DNA of 30,000 nucleotides from Pyrinomonadaceae bacterium (GCA_036266295.1 DATANL010000550.1:1-30000); one strand, 5' to 3'. Shown: positions 17,760 through 26,683, counted from the first letter of the stretch. Program-made: numbers and translations. The notes: generated by a model from the sequence alone, not told the origin.

Positions 17760-19463
17760 ATGAAGTTCTTCGTCGCAGTCTTTCTTGTCCTGACAACGTT
17801 CAGCTCGGGGGCTGTTACTTTAGGGCAAAATCCGCCTCGAAGAACAACGCAGACGTCTGCCTCGCAGTCCCAGGAATCAAAGAGCGACACAATCAAGATT
17901 TGTCAGGGCGTTCCGATGCCTGATGGCTACGTAGTCGTGGCTTACATGACTTCGGCAGCGTGTCCTCACGGCGCCTACCTGCTGCGGAAACAGAATAATT
18001 ACGAGAGCTCTCTTGCGGTAAACGGCGATTCGCGTGGAGCAACTGATCAGACGATCAGTGGTAAGCCATCGAGTTCAGCGGGAAACAATAGTCGCTCGAA
18101 CTCGCCATCGGCCAGACCCGGTTCGGGGCGCAGCAAATCAACGTCGAATCCTTCGACCGGTGGGTCGTCCACACAAGTTGCCTCGTCGGTAACTCGCCCG
18201 CGTGTCGTCGCGTCAAGTTCAAAGGATCCGGCTTCTTCGCAAACCACCGCGGCAGCTTCGCAGCCAAATCCTGCGGCAGCTACGAAACCTTTGTCTGCTG
18301 ATCCGAACCAATCGCAGGACGCAAACGACTCGTCCGTCCAGGGACCGCCTGCGTTAATCGGCGGCCAGTCTGCGCGTCCGCTTACACCGCCGACCCTGGC
18401 AAATGCGGGCACAACGTCGTCGTCGTCCCCGACTAATTCTGCTGATGCAGCCGCGGCAACCGGGCCGGAAGAGGTGAGCGAAGGCGACGTCGTGAAGGTC
18501 AACACCTCGATCGTGACCGTCCCTGTGAGCGTGCTGGATCGCCAGGGTCGTTTTGTGCCGAATCTTCAGAAGGATGATTTTCGCGTTTTCGATAATGGCG
18601 TCGAGCAATCGATTGCCTACTTCGAGCCAGCCGAGAAACCATTCACGGTGGCGTTGCTGTTGGATACGTCAGCGTCGACCCATTTTCATCTGCAGGAAAT
18701 CAGAGAAGCGGCGGTTGCCTTTGCCAAACAGTTGCGGCCGCAGGATCGAATGTTGGTGGTCACCTTCAACGATGAAGTGTTGTTGCTGACGCCGAACGCC
18801 ACGAACGATCTGGATACGGTCGAGAATCTTATCGACGAGTATGCGAACACCGGCAGTTCGACGCGGCTCTACGACGCGGTGCACCTGACGATTCGCGAAC
18901 GGCTGAATCAGATTAAGGGACGCAAAGCGATTGTGCTTTTTACTGACGGCGTCGATACCTCCAGCCAACAGGCGACGTATCAAACGACACTGCGCGAAGC
19001 TGAGGAACTCGACGCGCTGATTTATCCGATTCAGTACGACACGACGGACTATGCGCGTTCGATGCAGGGCGGCGGCAACACCGTCACCGTGGTCACGACG
19101 ACGCATTCCATTTTTGGCACGAAGACGTCGCAGCAGACCTACAACGTGCCGGGGAATAACGGCCAGCCGATGCCGGGAACGAGCAAGGCCGATTACGATC
19201 GGGCCGACAAGTATCTGCACTCGCTGGCCGACGAAACCGGCGGGCGGTTGTACCAGGCGAACGACACCTCGCAACTTGCGAATGCATTTTCGAGAATCGC
19301 TGAGGAGTTGCGGCGTCAGTACAGCATCGGTTATTACCCGAAGTCTGATAATTCCGAAGACAACGTGCGCCGTGAGATCAAGGTCCGGGTAAAGCGATCC
19401 GATCTCGCAGTCAAGGCGCGCGACAGTTACTCAAAGTCATCGAGCGGAAATCCGAATAAGTGA
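17760..19463 (+). CDS. Secreted VWA domain protein (Acidobacterial VWFA-related type), 567 aa
   Basis: Signal MKFFVAVFLVLTTFSSGA. VKVNTSIVTVPVSVLDRQGRFVPNLQKDDF, MIDAS-like LLLDTSAST, TRLYDA, RKAIVLFTDGVD, LADETGG, ELRRQYSIGYYP. Confidence 0.93.
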   Translation: MKFFVAVFLVLTTFSSGAVTLGQNPPRRTTQTSASQSQESKSDTIKICQGVPMPDGYVVVAYMTSAACPHGAYLLRKQNNYESSLAVNGDSRGATDQTISGKPSSSAGNNSRSNSPSARPGSGRSKSTSNPSTGGSSTQVASSVTRPRVVASSSKDPASSQTTAAASQPNPAAATKPLSADPNQSQDANDSSVQGPPALIGGQSARPLTPPTLANAGTTSSSSPTNSADAAAATGPEEVSEGDVVKVNTSIVTVPVSVLDRQGRFVPNLQKDDFRVFDNGVEQSIAYFEPAEKPFTVALLLDTSASTHFHLQEIREAAVAFAKQLRPQDRMLVVTFNDEVLLLTPNATNDLDTVENLIDEYANTGSSTRLYDAVHLTIRERLNQIKGRKAIVLFTDGVDTSSQQATYQTTLREAEELDALIYPIQYDTTDYARSMQGGGNTVTVVTTTHSIFGTKTSQQTYNVPGNNGQPMPGTSKADYDRADKYLHSLADETGGRLYQANDTSQLANAFSRIAEELRRQYSIGYYPKSDNSEDNVRREIKVRVKRSDLAVKARDSYSKSSSGNPNK

Positions 19464-19480
19464 AACGTTCAGAGAATTGT

Positions 19481-19502
19481 TTGACAGAGTGCGGTCTGTC
19501 AA
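19481..19502. repeat. Perfect 8-bp inverted repeat TTGACAGA-N6-TCTGTCAA
   Basis: Direct reading; lies 17 nt after the VWA stop and 39 nt before the next ATG. Confidence 0.55.
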
Positions 19503-19541
19503 TCGCGAATTACAAAGAGTAGGAAAAGGAGAGGGTTTATC

Positions 19542-20555
19542 ATGTCTGCGCATACCTGGCCGCAAAACTTGAGACACGCGTTGGCCCAATTGTCGGCAAT
19601 CGTCACTCTTATTTTACTGATCGCGGTTGCAGCATCCGCTTACACACTCGTGTTGCGTGACGGCCGGCGCATCGAAATACCTGCAGAGTTCATTCTCACC
19701 AGGACTACTCTGACCTACGAGATATCGCCGGGATTCAATCAGACATTCGTGTTGTCTCTGGTCGACATTGCCGCGACCGAGCGCGCCAACGGCGAACCAC
19801 TGGGCGGATTTTTCAAGCATCGCCAGGATGCGGTCCGGCCGCCTGCGACCAACAACGAACCGGTGCGCCCGGCTGTGAAGACGCTGACAAATCTCGATCT
19901 TGATGCTGTGCGTCAAAGACGCGTCGAGAGCGAACAGGCTTACGAGTCGCGGCGCAAGCAACTGGGATTACCGACACTCGAGGAGTCGCGTCGCCGGCAG
20001 GATGCCGAGGCCACCGAGATGCGCCAGATGGCGCGGGCGAAAAATGAAGCCGACGCGCGCGATGAAGCCTTCTGGAAAGGACGCGCGCGCGAACTGCGCA
20101 ACGAGATTGCCATGGTCGATTCGCAGATTAGTTATCTGCGCGGCCGCGTCTATGACGCGAATCAGCAGGCGATGCAGAACCGCAGTTGGGTCACCGGCGT
20201 CTATCCGACCTGGCGCAACGGGCCCTGGCCCAATGGAAATTTCCCGAACGGCCGTTACCCGGACGCCAGACCAAACGGACCAATCATCGGCATGGGCCTG
20301 CCAAACATTTACGGATCGCCGAACGTCTACGGCTACCCCGGTCCTTACGGATATCCGGGCACGTATGGCTATCCGACTTACGGCTATCCGAACGGCTCAA
20401 TCAACAACAATCCGCCTTACAGCTCCGACCCGGTGGAACTAAACGGCCGTCTCGATGATTTGCTCGTCAGGCGGCAAGGCCTGGCGATGCAGTGGCGTCA
20501 GTTGGAAGACGACGCCCGCGACGCACGCATCCCGCAGGTTTGGCTGGAGCCGTAA
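19542..20555 (+). CDS. Secreted hypothetical protein, 337 aa (coiled coil plus Gly-Tyr-Pro repeats)
   Basis: SD AGGAGAGG. Hydrophobic N-terminal segment ending AASA-Y, coiled-coil core, low-complexity YGYP x4 segment. Confidence 0.85.
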   Translation: MSAHTWPQNLRHALAQLSAIVTLILLIAVAASAYTLVLRDGRRIEIPAEFILTRTTLTYEISPGFNQTFVLSLVDIAATERANGEPLGGFFKHRQDAVRPPATNNEPVRPAVKTLTNLDLDAVRQRRVESEQAYESRRKQLGLPTLEESRRRQDAEATEMRQMARAKNEADARDEAFWKGRARELRNEIAMVDSQISYLRGRVYDANQQAMQNRSWVTGVYPTWRNGPWPNGNFPNGRYPDARPNGPIIGMGLPNIYGSPNVYGYPGPYGYPGTYGYPTYGYPNGSINNNPPYSSDPVELNGRLDDLLVRRQGLAMQWRQLEDDARDARIPQVWLEP

Positions 20556-20557
20556 CG

Positions 20558-20657
20558 AGTTTCAAGTTTCGGTTTAAGGTTTCAAGTTGGCGCGGTCCGA
20601 TTGCATCGATGCGCGCGCTTGGACTAACCTGCAACTTGAAACATGAAACCTGAAACT
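20558..20657. repeat. Inverted pair of heptamer arrays (TTTCAAG-type / CTTGAAA-type)
   Basis: AGTT-TCAAGTT-TCGGTT-TAAGGTT-TCAAGTT (20558-20588) faces AACCTGC-AACTTGA-AACATGA-AACCTGA-AACT (20626-20657). Confidence 0.8.
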
Positions 20658-22130
20658 AATCCTGGCTGGGAAACCATCATCGGGCTGGAAGTTCACGCCC
20701 AATTAAGCACTGAATCGAAAATCTTCTGCGGCTGTTCGACGCGCTTCGGCTCTGAGCCGAACGCGAATACCTGTCCGGTGTGCCTGGGCCTGCCAGGTGC
20801 GCTGCCGGTTTTGAATCGACGCGTCGTCGAATTGGGCGCGCGCGCCGCACTGGCGCTGGGGCTGCACGTCAACGAGCGTTCGATCTTCGCGCGCAAGAAT
20901 TATTTCTACCCTGACCTGCCGAAGGGTTATCAAATCTCGCAATACGATCAGCCATTCTCGGCAAACGGCACGTTGGAAATAATGACTGCCGATCGCGACG
21001 AAGCCGGTCATGCGCACGAATGGAAGCCCATGACGATTGGGATCACGCGTCTGCATCTCGAGGAAGACGCGGGCAAGAACGTGCACGAAGGTTTGCCCGA
21101 CGTCGATCGGTATTCCTATATCGATTTGAATCGCGCCGGTGTGCCGCTGGCCGAGATCGTTACCGAGCCGGACTTCCGCTCGTCGTGGGAAGCCTACGAT
21201 TACGTCAATCACGTGCGCCGGGCGCTGCAATGGGTGGGCGCGTCGGACGCTGACATGGAGAAAGGAAATCTGCGCTGCGAAGCCAACGTCTCGGTGCGGC
21301 GCAAAGGCGACACGACCTTCGGCACGAAAGTCGAGCTGAAGAATCTCAACTCAGTTCGTTTCATGCAGAAAGCGATCGAGTTTGAAGTGGAACGCCACAT
21401 CAAGACTCTGGAAGAAGGCGGACGCCTGGTCCAGGAGACGCGTCTTTGGGATGAACGTCTGAATGAGACGCGCGCGATGCGTTCGAAAGAAGAGGCGCAT
21501 GACTATAGATATTTTCCGGAACCTGATTTGCCGCCGTTGACGGTCGACAAGACTTTCATTGATGAAGTGCGCGCTGGATTACCTGAATTGCCTGGCCCGC
21601 GCGCGAAGCGATTTACTGAGAGCTATGGTTTGTCTTACTCAGACGCTTCGCAATTAACCGGTGATCGTGCGCTGGCGGATTATTACGAGGCAACGGTCGC
21701 AGCCAGCGGCAACGCGCGAGCCGCAGCGAATTGGATACGCTCGGAGTTGCTCCGCGAGTTGGAGAACGCGGCCTTGACCGCCGACAAGTCGCCCGTAGCC
21801 GCAACTGAACTCGGCGCTTTGGTGCGCATGATCGACGAGGGCCAGATCAGCGGCAAGCAAGGCAAAGAGGTGCTGGTCGAGATGTTCGCCTCGGGCAAAT
21901 CAGCTGCCGCCATTGTTGCCGAAAAAGGATTGGTGCAGGTCAGCGACACCGGCGAAATCGATCGCGTGATCGACGAAATCATGGCTGCCAACCCGGACCA
22001 GTTGGCGCAGTACCGCGGCGGCAAAGAAGCGCTCTTCGGATTCTTCGTCGGCCAGGCGATGAAAGCTTCGAAGGGCAAAGCGAACCCCAAGATTGTGAAC
22101 GAGCGGCTGCGAGAAAAGTTGAAAGCGTGA
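20643..22130 (+). CDS. gatB: Aspartyl/glutamyl-tRNA amidotransferase subunit B
   Basis: IGLEVHAQL, CPVCLGLPGALP, RKNYFYPDLPKGYQISQ, HLEEDAGK, DLNRAGVPLAEIVTEPD, ELKNLNS, DYRYFPEPDL, GFFVGQAMK. Confidence 0.98.
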   Translation: MKPETNPGWETIIGLEVHAQLSTESKIFCGCSTRFGSEPNANTCPVCLGLPGALPVLNRRVVELGARAALALGLHVNERSIFARKNYFYPDLPKGYQISQYDQPFSANGTLEIMTADRDEAGHAHEWKPMTIGITRLHLEEDAGKNVHEGLPDVDRYSYIDLNRAGVPLAEIVTEPDFRSSWEAYDYVNHVRRALQWVGASDADMEKGNLRCEANVSVRRKGDTTFGTKVELKNLNSVRFMQKAIEFEVERHIKTLEEGGRLVQETRLWDERLNETRAMRSKEEAHDYRYFPEPDLPPLTVDKTFIDEVRAGLPELPGPRAKRFTESYGLSYSDASQLTGDRALADYYEATVAASGNARAAANWIRSELLRELENAALTADKSPVAATELGALVRMIDEGQISGKQGKEVLVEMFASGKSAAAIVAEKGLVQVSDTGEIDRVIDEIMAANPDQLAQYRGGKEALFGFFVGQAMKASKGKANPKIVNERLREKLKA

Positions 22131-22132
22131 AC

Positions 22133-22241
22133 GGAGCGCGGGCATCCCTGCCCGCATGAGCGCGAAGCGCGAACGTCGCCTATTTGATTAAGCACATCGA
22201 GCGTGCTGCGCAGGGTTTGCGGGCAGAGATGCCCGCGCTCC
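22133..22241. repeat. REP doublet, family E (GGAGCGCGGGCATCYCTGCCCGC)
   Basis: GGAGCGCGGGCATCCCTGCCCGC (22133-22155) and the inverted arm GCGGGCAGAGATGCCCGCGCTCC (22219-22241), with a 63-nt spacer. Same family as the RAYT flanks. Confidence 0.92.
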
Positions 22242-22248
22242 AATCAAG

Positions 22249-22968
22249 ATGGACCTCAAAAACAAAGTCGCCATCGTTACGGGTGGCACGAAAGGAATCG
22301 GGCGCGCAATCGCGGACGCGCTGTTGCGCGAAGGCGTATCAGTTTGTGTCTCGGCGCGGAACGTTGAGGTGATCGGGCAAACGTTGAAGCAGGCTGAGAA
22401 TCCGAGTGGTGGCCGCGAAATCATGTTTCCGTGCGACGTGCGCGAGTACGAGCACGTAAAAGGCCTGATCGGTTTCACCGTTAAAGAGTTTGGTGGGCTC
22501 GACATTCTCATCAACAACGCCGGCATCGGCATTTTCGAAACCGTCGAAAGAACTTCACCGGAAGATTTTCGCGCCGTACTGGAAACAAATCTCTTCGGTG
22601 TCTTTCATTGTTGCCACGCGGCAATTCCTGAAATGAAGCAGCGTGGCGGTGGTTACATCATCAACATCTCTTCGCTGGCCGGCGCGAATCCGCATCCGCG
22701 CATGGCGGCTTACAATGCTTCGAAGTTCGGTCTCAACGGTTTCAGCGAAGCGTTGATGCAGGAGGTGCGTCACGACAACATCAAGGTCAGTTACATCATG
22801 CCGGGTTCAGTGAATACGGAATTCGGCGGCGACGCGCCGAGCGGTGAGAAGAATTGGCAACTGACTCCTGATGACGTGGCGCGCGTGGTTGTCGATCTGC
22901 TTCATCACGACGATCGTTCACTGCCGAGTCGCGTAGAGATTCGTCCGAGTAAACCACCGAAGAAATAA
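22249..22968 (+). CDS. Short-chain dehydrogenase/reductase (SDR)
   Basis: TGGTKGIG, NNAG, catalytic S...YNASK. Confidence 0.93.
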   Translation: MDLKNKVAIVTGGTKGIGRAIADALLREGVSVCVSARNVEVIGQTLKQAENPSGGREIMFPCDVREYEHVKGLIGFTVKEFGGLDILINNAGIGIFETVERTSPEDFRAVLETNLFGVFHCCHAAIPEMKQRGGGYIINISSLAGANPHPRMAAYNASKFGLNGFSEALMQEVRHDNIKVSYIMPGSVNTEFGGDAPSGEKNWQLTPDDVARVVVDLLHHDDRSLPSRVEIRPSKPPKK

Positions 22969-22971
22969 AAA

Positions 22972-23061
22972 TTTGGAGTGTGGCGGCTTGACGCCGCTGT
23001 TTCAAATCTGCCATCGCGCCGGTGATGAAGTGGAAAGCGGCGTCAAGCCGCGCACTCCAAA
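22972..23061. repeat. REP doublet, family D, copy 2
   Basis: TTTGGAGTGTGGCGGCTTGACGCCGCT (22972-22998) and the inverted arm AAAGCGGCGTCAAGCCGCGCACTCCAAA (23034-23061). Confidence 0.9.
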
Positions 23062-23117
23062 AGTTGGCGTGTTAAGTGGTTATGAATCATGTCGCTGTGT
23101 CTATTTTAATGAACTAA

Positions 23118-23567
23118 ATGCGAGCCGTAGTTCAGCGCGTCACGCGCGCTTCAGTTGCAGTTGATGGAGAAGTGCTCGGCGAGATCGGAAACGGTCTCGT
23201 CGTTCTTGTAGGGATCGCGCGCGATGATACGAAGGTCGAAGCGGCTTACCTCGTCGACAAGATTTCGAACCTGCGCATCTTTGATGACGAAGACGGGAAG
23301 ATGAATCTCTCGGTCAAAGACGTAAACGGCGGGTTGCTGATTGTTTCCCAATTTACTTTGTACGGTGATGTCCGTCGGGGCCTGCGGCCGTCATGGATCG
23401 ATGCTGCGCCGCCGGAAGTCGCTGAGCCGCTCTATGATTTTTTTGTGCGTCAGGCGCGCTCAACCTTGGACGAAGTTGCGACAGGTAGATTTCAGGCGAT
23501 GATGCAGGTCGAGTTGATTAATGATGGACCAGTAACGATACTGCTCGACAGTAAGAAATTGTTTTAG
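23118..23567 (+). CDS. dtd: D-aminoacyl-tRNA deacylase
   Basis: [45 protein letters not shown]. Confidence 0.97.
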   Translation: MRAVVQRVTRASVAVDGEVLGEIGNGLVVLVGIARDDTKVEAAYLVDKISNLRIFDDEDGKMNLSVKDVNGGLLIVSQFTLYGDVRRGLRPSWIDAAPPEVAEPLYDFFVRQARSTLDEVATGRFQAMMQVELINDGPVTILLDSKKLF

Positions 23568-23604
23568 CGCACGCATTCTGCGGCGGGCCGCGTGCACTGC
23601 CCGC
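23566..23604. repeat. Decayed family-E REP
   Basis: AGCGCACGCATTCTGCG-GCGGGC...GCCCGC aligns with GGAGCGCCCGCATCCCTGCGGGC and overlaps the dtd stop codon. Confidence 0.5.
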
Positions 23605-23622
23605 ATTCAATAGGAGGATGGA

Positions 23623-24291
23623 TTGTTAATTAAAGCGAGACTCATTCTGATTTTAGGCGCCCTGGCTTTGCTGGCATTTGCCGGATGTGACAATAAACCA
23701 AATTCGAACTCGCCGGCCAACAAACCAGCGAACACCAACGCGCCCACCGGCGACGTCAAGACGGCGATCAAGCCCGCGCCCGACTCGCAAGTCGCGGTCA
23801 TTGAAACCGCCGATTACGATCGCATCGTGATCGAGCTTTACCCGAACGTCGCGCCCAAGCACGTCGAGCGCTTCAAGAAGTTGATTAGCGAGAAATTTTA
23901 TGATGGCACCGCGATCCATCGCATCGATCCCAGCCTGGGAATTATTCAAGGCGGCGACCCGGTTACGAAGACAGGTAACAAGTCGATGTGGGGCACCGGC
24001 AATTCTCCTTATCCCAATGTGCCGGCCGAGTTCAGCGACATTCCTTACGAGCGCGGCACGCTGGGCGCGGCGCGCACCAACGACATCAACGGCGCCAACT
24101 GCCAGTGGTTCATCACGCTCAAGCGCCAACCCGCGTTCGACAAGAAGTACACCGTCTTCGGCAAAGTGATCGAGGGCATCAAGAACGCGGAAGTGATCAT
24201 GATGGCGCCGACCGAAGAAGGCAGCACGCGGCCGGCTGAGAAAGTATTGATTAAGAGCGTGACGCTGCAGCCCCGATCTAATTTCCCGTAG
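23623..24291 (+). CDS. Cyclophilin-type peptidyl-prolyl cis-trans isomerase, lipoprotein
   Basis: SD AGGAGG with TTG start. Lipobox FAG-C. APKHVERF, FYDGTAIHR, IQGGDP, CQWFI, YTVFGKVIEG. Confidence 0.92.
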   Translation: MLIKARLILILGALALLAFAGCDNKPNSNSPANKPANTNAPTGDVKTAIKPAPDSQVAVIETADYDRIVIELYPNVAPKHVERFKKLISEKFYDGTAIHRIDPSLGIIQGGDPVTKTGNKSMWGTGNSPYPNVPAEFSDIPYERGTLGAARTNDINGANCQWFITLKRQPAFDKKYTVFGKVIEGIKNAEVIMMAPTEEGSTRPAEKVLIKSVTLQPRSNFP

Positions 24292-24336
24292 GAGCGCCCG
24301 CATCCCTGCGGGCGGGTCGCGCGCATCCCTGCGCGC
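24291..24336 (+). repeat. Left REP doublet flanking RAYT (family E)
   Basis: GGAGC-GCCCGCA-TCCC-TGCGGGC followed by GGGTC-GCGCGCA-TCCC-TGCGCGC. Confidence 0.92.
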
Positions 24337-24344
24337 ATGTCTTT

Positions 24345-24947
24345 ATGAAAGCGCAACTTCCAGGATCAGAGTCGCGCTTAGGTTGGCACGGCCGCGGCTA
24401 CCTCCCTCACTTCGAGGGTGGCGAGCTCGCCCAATTCATCACTTTCAGATTGCATGACTCACTGCCGCGAGATGTAGTCATTCGCTGGAAAGAAGAGTTG
24501 AAGCTTCAGCCGAGCCTTGAAGTGCAATCCTTGATGCGAAAACGCGTTGAGGTCTACCTCGATCAAGGACACGGAGACTGCTATTTGCGAAATCCTCATA
24601 TTGCTAACGTGGTTCAGCGCGCCCTCCTCTTTCATGATCAAATAAAATACCGGCTGAGCGCGTGGGTAATCATGCCGAATCACGTCCATTTGCTTTGCAC
24701 ACCATTGGCAGGACACTCTCTTGCTGACATCATGCACTCGATTAAATCGTTCACCGCGAGTGAGGCGAACAAGATGCTGAACCGGAAAGGAAGATTTTGG
24801 CAGAAAGAGTATTTTGATCGATACATTCGAAATTCGAGACAGTTCGGCCGGGCTGTGACTTATCTTGAGAACAATCCAGTGAAGGGAAATCTGTGTTATA
24901 AGGCGGAAGATTGGCCGTTTAGTAGCGCGGCGTTGCGAACGAAATAA
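24345..24947 (+). mobile_element. rayT: REP-associated tyrosine transposase (RAYT / TnpA-REP, Y1 HUH family), 200 aa
   Basis: RGYLPH, FITFRL, HUH motif in WVIMPNHVHLL, IKSFTA, FWQKEYFDRYIRN, catalytic Tyr in YLENNP, WPFSSA. REP hairpins on both sides. Confidence 0.93.
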
Positions 24948-24950
24948 GAA

Positions 24951-24995
24951 GCAGGCAGGGATGCCTGCGCACCGCCCGCAGGATGCGGGCGCTCC
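24951..24995 (-). repeat. Right REP doublet flanking RAYT (family E), inverted relative to the left
   Basis: The reverse complement reads GGAGC-GCCCGCA-TCC-TGCGGGC then GGTGC-GCAGGCA-TCCC-TGCCTGC. Confidence 0.92.
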
Positions 24996-25003
24996 GACGG
25001 CGC

Positions 25004-26005
25004 TTAAACCTTCGGAAATAAAATCGGCAGCGCAACTTCGGCGGTGAACATGCAGCGGGCGTTGTGACCGCACAGGGGCACGACGACGACTTGATGCTGC
25101 GCGTTGTATTTGGCTTTAACGTAAGCCGCAAAGGCCTGGCCGCGGGCGAGTCGCGTCGGTCCCTGGGCCATCGCCGGACACGACGAATCGAATCCCGCCA
25201 GCGGTAACACATCCAACTCGCCGAGTAGATAAGTAACCGGCCGCGACGCCAGTTGCTTCTTCAATTGCTCGTCGGGAATCTTTGCGGTGTAGCCGGTGCG
25301 GCTTTTCAAACCATAGGGCCAGGTGTCGTAAGTCGTGCAGTTGCGCGCGTCGCCGAACGGACGCAACTCGTTGGTGGCGCCGCCCGGACGTTCAGCATCG
25401 AGATAGGAATAGCTCGAGGGATTGGAAACTACGTAAGTAATCGGAATCGAGATCGATTCGTGCACCTGGTTGCCCATCTCATAGCGCGTCACGAATTGTC
25501 CGCCGGCCGAATGACCTGAGATGACAATGGCTTTGAGGTTCGGAAAGTTTGCTTTATTTGCCAGCGCCCGCACGATCGCGTCCATGAAATCATAAGACGT
25601 CAGCTTTGGATTATTCGTGGCCACGCCGCCTGATCGCCAACTGTCGCCGCCGCAAGGCCAATTGACTTCTTTCGGCCCCAGCGCGTCACGGCAGCCGGTG
25701 CCGTTGTTTGAAGCCATGCGCGGTGAGATCACGATCGTGTCGTTGAAGGCGTTGGCGAGAAATGCCGCCGCCAGGCTGGTGCGAAAATAATTATCCGCGT
25801 CGCGACCCTGACCGTGCACCACGATGAGAGCGCGCACAATCTTTTCGTTCTTCTGGTCCAAAGGGTACGTGCTGTAAACGAGTGAGCGAGATTCACCGGC
25901 GAGACTTACCCAACGGGTGCATTCATCGGTGGCTTTGATGCAAGGTTCCGCGGCGTACGCGGGCATGAAGACGAATAAGGCAGTCAGCAGAAGCAGGATG
26001 CGCAT
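25004..26005 (-). CDS. Secreted alpha/beta hydrolase, 333 aa
   Basis: Signal MRILLLLTALFVFMPAYA-A, HGQG oxyanion region, nucleophile GHSAG, C-terminal catalytic His candidate (CGHN). Start moved from 26092 to 26005. Confidence 0.88.
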   Translation of the reverse strand: MRILLLLTALFVFMPAYAAEPCIKATDECTRWVSLAGESRSLVYSTYPLDQKNEKIVRALIVVHGQGRDADNYFRTSLAAAFLANAFNDTIVISPRMASNNGTGCRDALGPKEVNWPCGGDSWRSGGVATNNPKLTSYDFMDAIVRALANKANFPNLKAIVISGHSAGGQFVTRYEMGNQVHESISIPITYVVSNPSSYSYLDAERPGGATNELRPFGDARNCTTYDTWPYGLKSRTGYTAKIPDEQLKKQLASRPVTYLLGELDVLPLAGFDSSCPAMAQGPTRLARGQAFAAYVKAKYNAQHQVVVVPLCGHNARCMFTAEVALPILFPKV

Positions 26006-26117
26006 AATGCGCGGGAGAATATCGTGAGAGGAAAAATCGCGCAAGCAAGTAGCGCAGATTATTATCTGCGTTTGTCGGATTGAACAACGCAAATAACAAT
26101 CTGTGTTACCTGCTTAG

Positions 26118-26513
26118 CTAGATCGTATCGTCGCGGGTCTTCGATTGTTGTTCCAGTTCAAATCGATCGCGATCGCGCCGTTCTATCTTATCGAGAAAAT
26201 CCAGTTCTTCGTTGTCCTCGAAATTGACGCCGATGGCGTGCGCGTTCTCTTCGACCATCGATTGATCGGGCGTCGGACTGTCACCTCCGACTGCTTCGGA
26301 ACCTGAGCTGTTTACATCTTCCCAGTCCGCGTCGAGATCGCCGCCCGCATCTGCCGGAGAGGCCGAGCGATTTCGCAGACGCTGCGCGAGCAGATCAGGA
26401 TCCTTGGGCGCGTGCGCGATCTCTTCTTCCATAAACTCTTCGATTTCCGGATCGGGCACAAATTCGGGATCGTTACTCAGGTAGTTGAATGATTCAGGTT
26501 GTTTCTTCGGCAT
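26118..26513 (-). CDS. DUF6335 family acidic protein
   Basis: GGDLDADWE, EAVGGDSPTPDQ, IERRDRDRFEL resemble the DUF6335 family. SD AGAGGAG upstream. Confidence 0.72.
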   Translation of the reverse strand: MPKKQPESFNYLSNDPEFVPDPEIEEFMEEEIAHAPKDPDLLAQRLRNRSASPADAGGDLDADWEDVNSSGSEAVGGDSPTPDQSMVEENAHAIGVNFEDNEELDFLDKIERRDRDRFELEQQSKTRDDTI

Positions 26514-26612
26514 GAATGCGGCTCCTCTGTAATGGAGTTCGTTCGCTCACGCGTTGGAGGGCATCGCGCTCGCATCAATTCAAATCAGAGGGGAATCGTT
26601 TATCTGACTGCG

Positions 26613-26641
26613 ACTATAACAAATGAACAGATCGCCAGCAA
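26613..26641 (-). promoter_or_regulatory. Promoter TTGCTG-N17-TATAGT (with extended TG) for the DUF6335 gene
   Basis: On the minus strand, TTGCTG (26641-26636), a 17-nt spacer ending in TGn, and TATAGT (26618-26613). Confidence 0.55.
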
Positions 26642-26683
26642 CAGAGGTGCGACGCGACCAGTTCACCTGCTTGATTTGACACA

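Noticed and set aside
24345-24947. IS200/IS605 TnpA or classical IS with terminal inverted repeats
   Set aside because: No tnpB. The motif set (RGYLPH, FITFRL, MPNHVH, FWQ..YFDR.IRN, Y..NNP) and flanking REP hairpins fit RAYT better.
26053-26070. Hairpin CGCAGAT-TATT-ATCTGCG as DUF6335 terminator
   Set aside because: Only a 7-bp stem with a poor U-tract; too weak to call.
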